From Balanoglossus misakiensis (Eukaryota > Animalia > Hemichordata), in NCBI GenBank assembly GCA_040954595.2, contig CM082580.2:8596390-8660389 (forward strand): a stretch of 64,000 nucleotides of DNA, read 5' to 3'. This document shows, piece by piece, positions 1 to 14,100 of this stretch. Position numbers and translations under genes: made by a program. The notes beneath the pieces were generated by a model, which did not search any database, had not been told where the DNA came from, and was given only the letters and a program-made list of their open reading frames with translations. Position 1 is the stretch's first letter, and every line of letters starts with the position of its first letter.

Positions 1-2110
1 CTCGAAGTGAACGAATATATATGGACGGCGCCACCACAGCTGCATGAGGCATGAACATTTGAATTTGCAGCATGCAGGATTATAGACTCAATAATATTTC
101 TAAATACATACCATTTGAAAAGAAATCGAAAAAAGCCATTGATGTAAATTACTATAGTAAAGCCTTCACTAAAATATGACATCGTGCATAAGCGGATAGT
201 CTGTATCAGTGTATGGATTATTTTTCTTGACGATTATTTTGAGTGACACGTGATGAAGCACCCGAATCGACATGCTTTATACACCATACGAAGATTTTAT
301 TTCTCGTAAATTGTTTACAAAACTCGAATAAATCTTCAAAAAATGATTGATGGGTTAACCGATTGAATTCATCATGAAAAGTTGTTAATTTCACAACAAA
401 AATGAAAACGAAAATATTTGACATTTCTCCACACCGAGGACGAAGTGAAGTGCGATGTGAAAGGGTTCGCTTGATGATACTCTTGTACCAATCGAAAGCA
501 AAGATTCGCTCATCAAGTCCGAAGAACCGTGTCAAAGTATAGTCACAGGGAACAGTGATTGACCCGAGTGGAGAAGATATGAGTACGATGGCACCCCTTG
601 TGGTGATTTGGCATCGGATTCCTCGTGTGATTTGGCAAATGCACCCAATCCAAACCATCTATTCAATACCCAGAAATGGGTGTAATAGATAGCAATAGAA
701 ATATACGATATGACTCTATCCCCAAAATATCAAAAATAGAAGTTGACTTATTGTAATTGTAACAGTACAGTCCCATTTATCCGTTCGTTAATTAATCGCT
801 CCTCACGCGCCACTGGCTTATTTGACAATTCAGTCGTTTTGTCAACCAAATCCAATTTGGTATTACATGTAGCAGAAACACGGTATAATGGTAGTAACTT
901 ATAAGAATACAGAGATTTCTCGATCATAGACAGTTCAATAATATACATTTGACGAAACGAATTCAAAAAGTTATACCGCTCTCGCTCGCTTCCTCGCCGG
1001 ACCGTTTTTTCTGTCCTTCGTCTTAAACAAAGCGCTCTCCACCAAATATTCTTCGCGAATTTTCGCCATTAAAAGTCCTCTCATAAAAAGTACGTGCACA
1101 GAATTCCTTGCTTCAGACAGTCGGCGAGTGTGACAGGTTCTAGAGTTGAAATACGTTGATATCTTTCTGACATGTGTCCACGTCGCGGCGACGCAATCAA
1201 CATGTTCAAAGTCAGTCCTATGCGTATAAACGCCCTCTCCCGGCAGACTCGGATGTTGCGGGTGTCTGGGCAACCATTCCTCACACGCAGACACCGCTCC
1301 AAAATTACTTGCCCCGTAGTCAGATGCAAACACGCGCACGATTCACTGGATACTCTGCATGTTGCAGCGGTTTTCGTGGACACCAGATAATGAAGTTTTA
1401 GAGACTGGTTTCTCGGCGCTACAAGCAGGTCGTTGATATGCATGAAACAAAACAGAAAACAGGCATGTTAAGTGAAGTTTGTAAATTTGCTGTTTTTCTC
1501 TAGTTCATAACATACACAAAATTTTAAACGATACCCGAAAACATCGTGCCATCCATAGGTAGACAAAGACATGAGTGCGTCAGCCTAAGGGTAGACGCAG
1601 AAAGAACCGAAGAGCGCATGCCCCAGATTATGACGGAACTATTGAGAAAAGACAAAAATGATGCAAAACACAATGGCTGAACGTCCCATAACTACATGCT
1701 ACATGCAGACTTTCCCCAAGTCATGGGCATAATTCATAACGCAAGAGGAAAAACACAAAGACACGTAGTGGTGAAAAAGAACTTGAACTGGTGTGCATGA
1801 GAATACGTTGTGACATTGACGTACCACAGGGCCAAAACAGAGAGAAACGCGTCTTTGGTCGGATTTTTCTGTTACCATAAACAGCAGAAAAGAACAATAC
1901 TATGGTTTTACCAGCTTTCTGGGTCCCATATTTTGCAGTAAATCCATCATAAATGGTGGCGAAACCAACAGATCGCTTTTACCCCAAATAAATCTTGTTC
2001 TCTCATGTCGGCGATCGACCAAAGACATATCTGCCTCTCTTTCCTGGCCTTAGCTACGTCATCACTCATGATGATGTAAAGTTTCCCGATGTGAGAGTAC
2101 CCGATGGAGT

Positions 2111-5100
2111 TTACACAGGCGTGTCAGCTGAGTGAACTGCGGAGGTCACCTTCGACGTTAGCGGTGTTGTGTGTCCAGTCACAACTCTGCCATGACTTTT
2201 TGGCCTGAGGAGAAAGACAGTCCTTCCTTAAAAATGCTTTCTTTCAAAAATCGTTTAAGTATGTCGGCCAGAATCGTGGATTCGGCGTTGGTCGATTGAG
2301 TCAGCGCAAAAAATATGGATCTGATAACTAGGAATCGTCTCTTCATTATCTGCCCACCCTAAACTCACTAGAGTCGAATAAATCAAGAAGTTACTGAACT
2401 TTCATACAAGTGTTAGGAGCGAACGTGTGGTGATGCTACTACGCTACTGGTTGATGACTTAGTAATCACCAGTCACGGTGAGACTCAATATCAATTGTCA
2501 AATTTCGAAATTCAATAATACACTCACGCGATGAAAGAATGTGCCGGTTTTGACGTCTTGACATCGGTGTTTGGACTCGAGATGGCGTGGAAGTCATTTT
2601 GACGCGCATGCTTGTACGGTCTTGGTTTTCCACCCGGGGAATGGGGGCCCAAAGGGCGTCCTCCAATACCAACGATGTACGGGTGCTGTCCCGGCCTCGT
2701 CTGCATCCACGATCTGAGGAAAATTTGGGAAATGGGAATGCTCTAGAACTTGGTTTTATATGCAAAAAGACTTGAACGCTGACAGAAAAGGCACGATTGA
2801 ATATACACGTGGCAAGATTCATTAGTAACATCAGTTTTTGTAAGTCAGGAACTTTGCGGCAGCAACGGTGAGACGGACAGACACACACACACACACACAC
2901 ACAAAGGTATCATTTGTAATCTGAATAATGAATACACTTGTTAAGTGGCACATTTTCACACGCCGAATAAAAAATTATGATCGGATTAGAATAATGAAAT
3001 TATTATCAGAGAGGAAGCCGCTCCGAAACTTACGAGGGGACAATTATTAATAATAGAAAAAATGTTTAGACCAATTATCATAATTGAGTAAAGTAACGTT
3101 TATAATTACCTCCTCGAGTTTCTTTTCACCCTTCTATGCATTGCGAAAAAAGGGGGAAATTAACAATTATATTAATTATTGCGATTAACTGGCTCGAGGT
3201 ATTCTGCCAAATATGCACCGTGACTGAACTTTCTCTGTTCTGATCGCCATTTTGAACAGAAAAAGGGCTTCGCGCTCCATTCAAATTTTATAACTTGGCA
3301 ACAGAACGAAGATCTTGGGGCGTATACGCCACAAAGTCTGACTTTTTGCAAAGCGTTTTAGTCTTGCAAAGTCGGGAATGAAGGCCGTTTTATAAAATTC
3401 TCCTCTAAAACGGGCATATGGACCAATATTGCTTGCCAGATCTCGAACTGTGTCATATTAGAGCCGAATATCGGCGGCTTGGGAGAGCCTATTGTTAACG
3501 CCATATTCTATCGAGATTCTCCGTTCCTGTAACCGTGGTTGTTTTACACGCTTTCAATCACTAAGTACACGACGGTTTGATATATTTTTTTAAAACAACA
3601 ATTGTCACTTGCACCCCAAACAAAAATTAACTGTTGCTATGTGGACTCACTTGAAGCCAATGCTTGTTGCACCGAAGAGGATGGCGACCAGGAAGAGACT
3701 GCCGATGACAGCTCCGATGATGGTGTTGGTGCCGAGGCTGCTTCCCCCTAAAACACACAAACTGGTCTATCTATCTCTTTCCATAGGATTGTATGGTAAC
3801 TTGTTAGAAATGATGACCTCTAAGTATACGGATTTTGATAAAAAATTACAAGGGAGAACCCAGAAAATAAAAGAAATTACAATACTTACCAGAGGTAGTT
3901 TTTCCTGTATTGCCACGTTCGGTGTGTTGCCTTGGCGAGTCAGGTGGTACTTCTGTTGTCAAATTGCTACGTGTGGTATTCGCAGAAATACCACTACTGT
4001 TGCCTGTGGTCGCGCTTTCCATTTCGTTATCCGAATCTGTGTGTATCTGCAGAAGTTTTCTCGTTGATGCAGATTCCCGTCGCGTTGTGAACAAAAGGCT
4101 GTTCTTCGCGCCATTGGTGGCGTCCTCCTTCAGGTGGCTTGACTTGTCCGGTTGTGGCAACTGCGCTGTACGAATATTCACTGTAAAAAGTAGAAAGATG
4201 GGATTTACCACATAATAATATATATCTACGTAACGTGAAATACTGTTTCCTTGTTTTAGTGTCAGTCTGCTCTTTGACTCCCACGGTGTCCCCCAAATTG
4301 TTCGCACTACTGACTCATCGGATCCCGACTCAAACCAACCCAGTGAACGATACCTTATATCATACTTACGCCGACCATCGTCGCGCCTGATACCAATAGT
4401 CTGTTCTATATCTTGGGCCAGCCGTACTGCCAGTGCAACAGGATTGCCGCTGTCTACATCCTGACGACGAGATAGCGATAAAAAATGAAACACTGAGTGT
4501 ATTGTATTGCATTGCTTGGAGTGGTGCACGTCATCTCATCCAATCCATCAAACAAGGGCAACATTTCATTTCTTAGTTCTCACCGCAGGGCCAAGTACAA
4601 GACTAGCCCTATTCGAAACAGCTAGATCTTGTAATCAAACTACATGTACGATGTATATTGTGTAGATTCGCGGTGTATAAAATGCATTAAGCAAATCGGT
4701 GCTTACCCTGGTTACTCCAACTGAGCCAGACTCTGAAGACAATCCGGCCTGTTCTGCTCTGTCACTTGTACCACTGTAGAAAGAAGCTGCCCTGAAAGAC
4801 GAAAGAAAAGACTTGAGTGTCCCATGCTATATGACCGGCATTGGGTTCATTATAATTACTATATGATCCGATTAAGTTATTGAGGGGTAGAGCTTGGGAT
4901 AACACGAGGAATGGCAGTTTTTAATTCTTGACATCGACCCTAATCTGTAAGAACGAAACTGGGATGCGGTTAGCCTATACTGCTGTTCTCGACATAAGAT
5001 GTGGCACTCACGTGACAAGATGAGCCGTGTCGTGCCGGATCTGACCGACAATCCGTCCGCCTCGGTAGGCTTGGAAATTATCCCGGGTTTCTCCCAAATC

Positions 5101-8100
5101 CCTCGTCAGCGTGATTTGATCTCCCGACGTCCACGTCTCCGTGGCAACCAGAATTATCCTCGTGTTCAGTTGTGTCTTGTACAGCTGTGGAAGGTGTTCA
5201 GTAAAGAAGGACACAAGCTCTGGAGATGTTCGGATTAAGTGTCATTACGCTAGAATGTGACTGACTACAGGTTGCAATGAAGTTCTGTATTTCAGTGGGC
5301 GTCACAGCGGCGCGAATTTGGGGCATGCAAGGAATTGTCAGAATGACTGAGGTTGGTTTTTGTAAGGCCGGCCCAACGCACAGGCTCAACATTTTGAGTG
5401 CGCGTCTCCGCAAATCTGACCTCTTGAAGCCACATGACTCACCTCATCGACAATGTTGACTGCAGACGTGACATATTCGTTCACACCGTCCAAGGTCTGC
5501 CCATATCGCCGATACTGTTGACAAGAAAAGGCACAAAGTATATAATACGCCGCGTTTGATGGAAGGAACGTCTAAATCTTCCTTTTATTAGAAAAGATAC
5601 ACTACCCTGTAAAGCTCGTTATGTTTTCGCATTACATTTTATCTTAATAACAACACCAATACAAGCTTGACGCTCAATTTCTTTAAGTTACCCAATCACA
5701 GCCATGCCACTGTTGAAACAACTCATCCCAATAACACAGTGGTCATATAAATCGACAACTAAAACCATAACCGATTAACCGAGATTTTCGTGTTAAATGA
5801 CACCCCCGGCTAAATGCACAAATGACAGCCATTAAGGAACAACTCGCTTAAAGGATACGAATGTACATTAGGTCAAAAACAGAGGCCTTGAAAGGTGAGT
5901 ATGGATTGGACGTCTAAAATGGGGCCACGGTTGTATGTTTGTGCGGGGGTGCAAAAATAGTGGTAATTTTCACATGACAGGAACATCACACCACCCCTAT
6001 TCAGACAAAAAGCACATTACGTAAGCATATTACGCAACTACTAATGGGATTTACTAGTATTTCATTTTCTCGGAAGTGGTGTAGGGAAAACAGGATGAAA
6101 CATTGTCTGTGTATACGCTTCGATGCTGGAAAACTGAGGATGGAGATAGTGTTCCTGCATGAGGCTAGTTCCAGTATTCAACAGGAGGAAAGCGAACTAT
6201 ACTTCCTGACCATGAAACTATCAGCGCATGGTACGGTTTCAGGCGTTTAACCTTTCGTGTTCATTTGCGTATTAACACGATCCCATTACCTTTCTCAATC
6301 GAGAACAGCCGGGAGAGAAAGCTTTGTTTTTGCAAAATAAAATACGCGAAATGATGAGGTACTTGTTCGTGTACATCACACAAAGACATCAATAACACAA
6401 AGTGCTTCATCTATATGCAGAGCAAATATTGGAGAAATGGCGCGGAACGTTTACTGAAGAAAAATCCACTTTTTTGTCATTTGCACGGCACATAAAATTT
6501 CGCTCTTTTAAATCTACAGCCTGATCATTATGGAGATAGTGATTGAAATGGAATTTCATACGCATGGCCGCACTGTTCGCCAGTCCCCATGAGAATTGCC
6601 GCAGTACATTCCCAAGACGTGTTGATCATTCATGTGATAACCTCGTATGATAATTAAGACCAAAATTCTCGCCTCTCTCTCTCTCTCCCTGGTACTCACC
6701 ATGCTGTAATCGTTCACCACCATCAATTCAATGAACCGCTTGTTCTTGTTGGTGACCACCTTTCTCTGGGGAAGAAATGTCAGAAAAAAATCTATTCTTC
6801 GTGTCCCATTAACAGATATGATTTTCATCGATTTTTAAACGCGAAAAAAAGAAAATTTGTTTGGATGAAAGTATTGGAGAGTTCTCGTGGTGCTGGCAAA
6901 GTCATTAGCTGAAAAACGAAATGGAGCCTCCATCATGTCACTGTGCACTGACCTTATGTGAATAGGCACGAACCGTGCTGTGCTTACATGCGATACAACA
7001 AATCATCAGTGTCCTCAGAATACAAGATCATGCTATCACACTGGTATATACTCACCCGTCCTGACAACCTCACTTCGGCACGTCTCGGCACAAAAAGCAA
7101 TGAATGCTCTGATGACGATGTTGCTGCAAAAGCAAATACAGACATGGTTGGTGTCGAGGATTTTGTTTTGTTACACGTCACGAAAATACAGTCGAAACCC
7201 CATTGCAAACGTCACCATTCCAGCGACATCATATTCACCCACCTTTTCCATTTGACGGCGAAACTCTGAACACGATATGCGTCGTCGGCCCGACCGTCTG
7301 CAATGCAATCAGAAATATAATTTTAATAAAAAATGACTTCATTTCGTTTCCCGTGGATAATCGCAACAGTCGCACGGTTTAATCAGGTCTGTGGTTTGAT
7401 AGATTACAGTAGCCCGCACAGAATTTGCCAGTAGACATTATAATTCTGAAACCATACTTAATCGAAAAACTTGATGCATAAATCCTGTCGCGAATAAAGC
7501 AAATGATGCTCCCATATATTATACACAACCCCCACGAACCCAACTGCAAGATTGAAACCGCTGATGTTCCAACAGGATTAGTCTCTTAACGGCGATTGAT
7601 AGCGTCTCCCGCTGCAAATATAACCCACCCGATCACCAAAACTAATGGAATGCGACGGATTCCACTCTTGTCAGACGGAACATCCATCTATCTTATAATT
7701 ATATAGCGGAGAACGTACAAATGAATTGCCTTTCCATTTCTGCGTTAGTGGTTTCATTACAGTGACAATATTTTAATATCCTATTCAAAATAAACCAGGG
7801 GAAGTAAAATCGGAGAGACAGGCTCCAGGTACATGTTTCGAATCTTTATTCGTACGTCCGTTCTCGCGCATATTTTAAAGCATTTTTGCCATGTAAACTT
7901 TCAGTGTTTCACACTCTGATTATATCAATTAATTACTTGAAGTTAAAACTGCTCAATTGTGAAGTCAACTACACGTTTGGGAACAATGCGACAAGCCTAT
8001 AGACGAGGGGAAAAAGCATACATTATAAATATAGTCCCTTCTCTTCATACACATTACAGTGGGATAACTCTGTACATGCATGTCGTAAATAACGTCGTGA

Positions 8101-11100
8101 ACTTTTGATTCATTTACCTTCGGGTCCAAAGGCCTAATGAGAAATGTTATGCCTCCTACGCGAAACATGCCCCTGAAACAGTGAACATTAAGGAAGACAT
8201 CGGTAAAGACGTTTATTGGACGGTGATAAATGCTCTGTACTGCAATACACGATACACGCATAGTTGCTTTGCAATTACATGTAACAAGTGAAGGTTAGAT
8301 GTGCCATCTGATAGTGACTGGGTACGTGGTATGCAGTATCGACGACGAGTCAAAAAAGGGTTGCGTAGCTACGGGTGGGGCGTGATATTTGGGGTGGGGG
8401 GGGAGTGACGGGGAAAGTTCTCGGCGACAGCCGCACTGCCTTGACAGAACAGCGGGAAAGCTTGGCGTTCGGTCTCGGTGCATAGTTGCAACTCCCGTTT
8501 GTTTTACAGGCAGGGTTCTCATTTCTGCTGGTATCGGGTTTAATTAACATGATCAGTCTTCTTTGAATTCACCAAGGTAGAAAGAGTTTCTCATTTCCAT
8601 GGAGTCCATGCATCCTCGACGAATTCGACTTTGTTCGCACGAAACGTTCTCCAAACCAGTGACGTATATACGTAGTACTCACCGCAGTCCCCTGCACGTC
8701 GACAGAGCCACGCCGGAATCCGCACGTCCTCGTACGTTGCCATGGTAATAGCAGCGTTCCGTTCCCTTTGGATTTGTCGGGAGGGAATAAAGATAAATAT
8801 AGTAAGCTTGTGGTCATGTAGCGCAGCGCGCGTCATTCATGCGCGTTTAACAAATCGAGATAAATATGACGTCTCCAACGTTGATGAGGTATATCTCGTA
8901 TAGAGCAATAAGCCTAAATAATTGGAAGATACCTCCTGTATGGGAATAAACGATGTCAGTGTGTCGTGCAACTAGAACAGGGAACGTATCAGCGTTTGTC
9001 TGGTATAAAATCTTACTGGGGATACACCTCAATAACCAAATGTAGACATATTTCGCGTATACATGTATATCATAATTCATCCCTTTTTGCGGCAGCTAGT
9101 GGTTACATTACATGCATGTATTAAAGGGACCCTATTTTCTCATAACTTCTGAATTCCGCGTCTTGAATACATGAGGAACGTTTTGGAAACAGTAACTTTA
9201 CCTTTAGGCTTTTCGTCTGTCCGGAAGGGGTAAAATAACTCTGCGTGTAATTTGCTGGTATCAGAACACTGGGGAAAGAAAGATCAATATCAACGATAAA
9301 CACGTGTAAATTCTGTGACGAGAGAATCGGTGCATTTTCAAGCCTTGGAGCGATGGTTCAGGTTTGTAATCCTTCTTTCATAGTGTTTCCCGTGTGTCTC
9401 ATTTTCACGTGAAACTGCTGAACTCGAGTGCATAGTACGTCAAATAACCATAAATACACGAAGTAGCGACCACCTTACTCAAAGACGAAACAACTTAACT
9501 GCATACAAAATGACTCGTAATAATCAGCTTCCAGATTCAAATTTCTTAACATCGAATGCTCATCGCTTTAGCTACTGTGTTTAAAAATTGATGACATTCG
9601 TTTTGAAGCCCCGCGCAGACTTTTAATGGAATCGTTACACGATGGAAGAAACTACGCGATTGCCTCTGTTCAAATTTGACCCCAGTTTACACGTCACTCA
9701 TAAATATAAAAGTTATTAACACTCATGCCGATCGATAACTGTACAGTCCAAGTGGCACGTGGTCTTAAAACGGCGAATCATTGTCGCGTCTACATTTTGC
9801 CGTCGCCAAGCACCCGATCTCGCGGTTTAACATGGTCAGAACTCATGGCAGTGCGACCAGGGGTCAGCTCAGATGAAGGGCAGCTGTGAATGGATTAATG
9901 CCTCATTAGCGTATAGCGGCCTCAATCGAAAAAAACAACTCTTGGAGAGGTGACTGTTGTCAAGACCTATGTATCCGCACAAGTTAGGGTTAAGCTGCTT
10001 TACGTCCGCGTTGGCCTACTTGGGGAAGCAATTTATGTCTTTTTCCTGGTCAATCGTGTCAGTGAATCTAGTAATCATTTCCTCTCTTTAAAATATTATG
10101 GCCAATTTCAGTTTTTCTTTGAACGGCCTTCCTCTGTGCTAACTCACTTCCTCATATCACTATCAGTTTATTCCATGCAATAAATAACCTTTTGTGGCAC
10201 AGGACTGCAGGGGTCCTCGCTCCACGCACTGTAATCGCAAACAAATTTTAACAATGAAGATGACTGGTACGTTAGTTTTTTTGACGAAAAAATTAATCAG
10301 CTCCTATAACAGCTTCATTTCTGTCTGTCACTTCCAACAAAGGGTTATTAATGGAAAATGCATGACACCGATAATAACTCGGAGGGAAATGTCATTTCCG
10401 CCGTTAAAACGCGATATCCCATTCACGCAAAGTGAAATTTATGCCTTGTGAATTTGATGAGTCAACTGAGCGTTTCAGAGAAATCAATTCTGACGAAGTT
10501 GGGGTGATGGTACCATGTTATTTGTTATTGCTGTGACATCTTTGCGCTGTTACGATCACGGTTACGTTTTGCCATTTACAGATTTCACGGCTGGCAGCAT
10601 ATGTCTACATACACCAAGGTTATTAGTGATGCAAGCAGTGCTACACATGCAGCGACCTATAGGCAGATATTTGTGACGCGTGTATTACCTAACATTATGT
10701 AATTACTGAATTAACAGTTATTAAAATGCAAACTCGTCTCCAGTCGACATCTGTATCGAACAAGATGCGTGTGCCATAATCACGCCTGGCGTATCTGCGC
10801 ATAACTGTCACTTGGTACAGCTGTGTTACTGGCACTCCGGTCAATTGGATTTATATCGAAAATATAGACCACCTCGATTGGTTGGCGACGCGTGCTAAAA
10901 TTAAGTCCTACAGCTGGTTAGGCTAGCCTGTGCGAATGTTATATTTTTATCTGACTGGACGAAACAAACGACTAGAAATAGATACTGCTCTGCAAGAAAC
11001 ATAACCCATAGACAGAAACCTTAGACAAGATTAAAGAAAAACAGTGTCTCGACGAATTACTCACCTGTTCAATGTGACATCCAGTATGTAGATGGCATCG

Positions 11101-14100
11101 AAGACTGCGAGTTGGAAACTGGCATTCTCCACATGAACCGGCTGTAAAAAAATACACCACATATCACTGCAGTTAATTTTATGAAATTGGCGCAATGTTC
11201 GAAATAGGATATACAATATGTACCCCTTTGCGGCGCACAAACGGGAATTACTCGCGATGAATATCTTATAGGAAACATTCTTTTTTCATCCATGAATGCT
11301 TTATAAATGTCGAGATTATGATCTCGCGATCTTCCTCGGTGATCCTTCTTCTGAGATTTGAATGCACAAGAAGAAGAACACCATTAAATAGATGAACAAC
11401 AAAATGTATGCGCTTGAAGAATGTCTATTCAGAACGGGAAATTATCGTGTGACACTTGCGCCAAAAGGAGTTTTGTTCTTGGCCAGATGTTCATACTGGC
11501 CTGTGATACCTCTTTGTCAGGCAGTGAACTTCGGCATTTTTATGCAGTGTCGATTAATTCGTCCGTGCAATTTGCTCTGACAGTATTGTACTCTTAATTG
11601 TAAGTAAATGTCTAAAAAATGTTCTCGGAAATTTTGTGTCATATATTCTGGACAGGATCAACACGTGGGCGGGGTCACAGCTGCCAGCAACATGAAACCA
11701 AGCTCTATTTTTGTTGAAAAGTGAGCGTCATTCATCACCAGGTCAAAGCAACCTGATAAAATATGTTAAGCTTTAAATATCTCCAATAATCTTGGAAAGG
11801 CATTTTTAATTCAATCAATTAAATGATGGCGTCTGATACAATATCAAGGTAGCATTTATATTTGACAATATGGCCACCGACTTCTCAGGAAAGCACGCAC
11901 GTTGAATCAAACGGTATCGCCTTTACGATTACGTTATTACGTTATGTCTGCCGCGACTCTGAAATATGCCGTATCTTTCGCAGCAGACATACCGAGCAGA
12001 GTCCATTTACAATAAAAATGAAATATAACTCGCCTATAAAAAAGATTAGTCATACGCATCAAGAACGTGGCAATCACTTCAAACCAATCATACTTGATAT
12101 AACATCGTGAATTTATGGCAAATTTCAAATCATGGAGAACGACGCCGCAAAAAAGCTGAAATTCTTTCTCTTGCGAGTTTATAGTATTTTAGCTTTCATT
12201 TCGCCGTGCAGATCGAAAGGAGAGCTTTTCTATTAATGCTACCCAGGACCGAATCCAGACGACAAAGACAAGTCTCAGCGTGCATGGAACCTTCCGGGGA
12301 CCGATTATCAGAAAAAAACATGAAGTCTTCTTAATCTTTCCGTTTTCGCTACATGCCAGATTTTCTAAAGACATGTTAAAGATAAATGAGCAAATAATGT
12401 TTCCACCATCCCATTTAGAAATAAATCAACCATATTGCCCATGAGATTTTTTTAAAAGGACAGTGTCGGCCATTTTGAATTTCAAATAAATACGAAGTAG
12501 TGTCACTCATTTGCATATTTGATGCCATTGCGGATTTCACAGATCAGTAGAACACGCTCTCATATCGCATGCCACAGGCAAAAAGAGTTTGACGATAACC
12601 ATTAAACCGTGTATAGAGTTCAGCATAAAATACGTATAAAACATTTTTTAATGATCAGTCTCATTTAAATATTATTACGTTAACCTTCATGACAGGAAAC
12701 TCAATTGTCGTTAGTGGAAGTTTCATAGGAAGTTGGAAAGATGACGACTGCAATTAGTGGCCTTGTACAGTCAGTAGAATATATGAACCACCCCCCCCCC
12801 CTCCTGGAGGGGGTACATTAAAAAGGACACTTCGCTACAGGGAGTAAACCTGCACACGACAGCAATGTCATAAATTAATCAACTAACAGACTGGGATCCG
12901 GAAGGGTACCTTTCACTGTTCACCGTTTTCATTCATAGTCACATCAGCTTCCCGCGGCTGCATTTTCACTGTGTCACAAACAGTCCTTCCGTTTGTCTGT
13001 GACTGTGTGAACTTTGCTGGAGCAAACGATAGTCGTGGAGTAGGCTAAACACGAATGTGTAAAAACAGAATATTCCTACCATGTGGCATATACGTTAGCC
13101 CGGTACGTCATTCAGGATTAAAGAAACCCCACAGGCTGCAAAACCCATAAAGTTGGTATTCGTTGCAACATGTCGGCCTAAAACGTGTATATCTACACAC
13201 GGGTAGAATGATTTATCACTTTGTCATAAAAGTTTCAGAACACCATAGCTTGAAATTAATCCTAAAATGCCAACCTTATTTTTCTTGCGCGGGGGGGGGG
13301 CACAGTTTTTTCTGACACCAGGTGACCTTCTGATTCAGATGCAGATAAACATAAACGGACGCATCATCAAGACAAACAAAATCTACCAGTACCGCTGCAG
13401 AAAGGAGGGGTCACACTACAGCAAATGCAGAGATGATGGTATAACATGACACCATGATTTATCACCACAGAATGGAAAATGGGGTCGCCTAATTAAAGCC
13501 ATGCCATTATGAATTCTGATCAAGCAGCAAGGCCTATGTTCTGGGGGGAAAATCTACTGAAGCGTGCGTCTCTGCGCGACGGATATTAAAGTCAACACGG
13601 CGACGTGTTGCACTGTGTAATCCAACAAGATGGACCGGATTCCCCAGGGGAAATAAACCTGACGGAGATATCGAGAAAATTCTTCGAAACGGCTACATTT
13701 TGTAATCATACAATAGCGCAAAATTGCGAATCGTTGCAGCATCAATGAAAGGCGCGCAAACACAAATGTTTTATAATAAACTCAGTCTTGCTCGAATGAT
13801 CCACCATCTGCACCGCCTTGGCATGATCTGATCAAGGTAACACGCTCGATATATATTCTGACTCGACTACATAGGATGTGTCATTGCAAACCGATGCAGT
13901 CGTAAAATGCTGAGTTACCTTCGTCCAGAGCCAAATATCTGAGTCGGTGGGACCGCGAGAAACAGAGGGAAAGGGCCAGACTGATGTGCCTGACAAATGA
14001 GAAACCACTTGTTGATTCAGATGGTTAAAATAGCATGCACTCACGTGTCTGTCTGTGGTTCCCGGCCGCAACACTGTGCTCAGATCCGAGGAGTTCGTGA

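Noticed and set aside
218-1443. ORFs of 120-146 aa at the window start
   Set aside because: No recognisable motifs or splice-consistent exon chain; more likely ADAM 3' UTR or intergenic DNA.
13554-13660. Possible extra ADAM prodomain exon ([13 protein letters not shown]...)
   Set aside because: No convincing donor site; exon 13919-13989 already joins exons 1 and 3 in phase.
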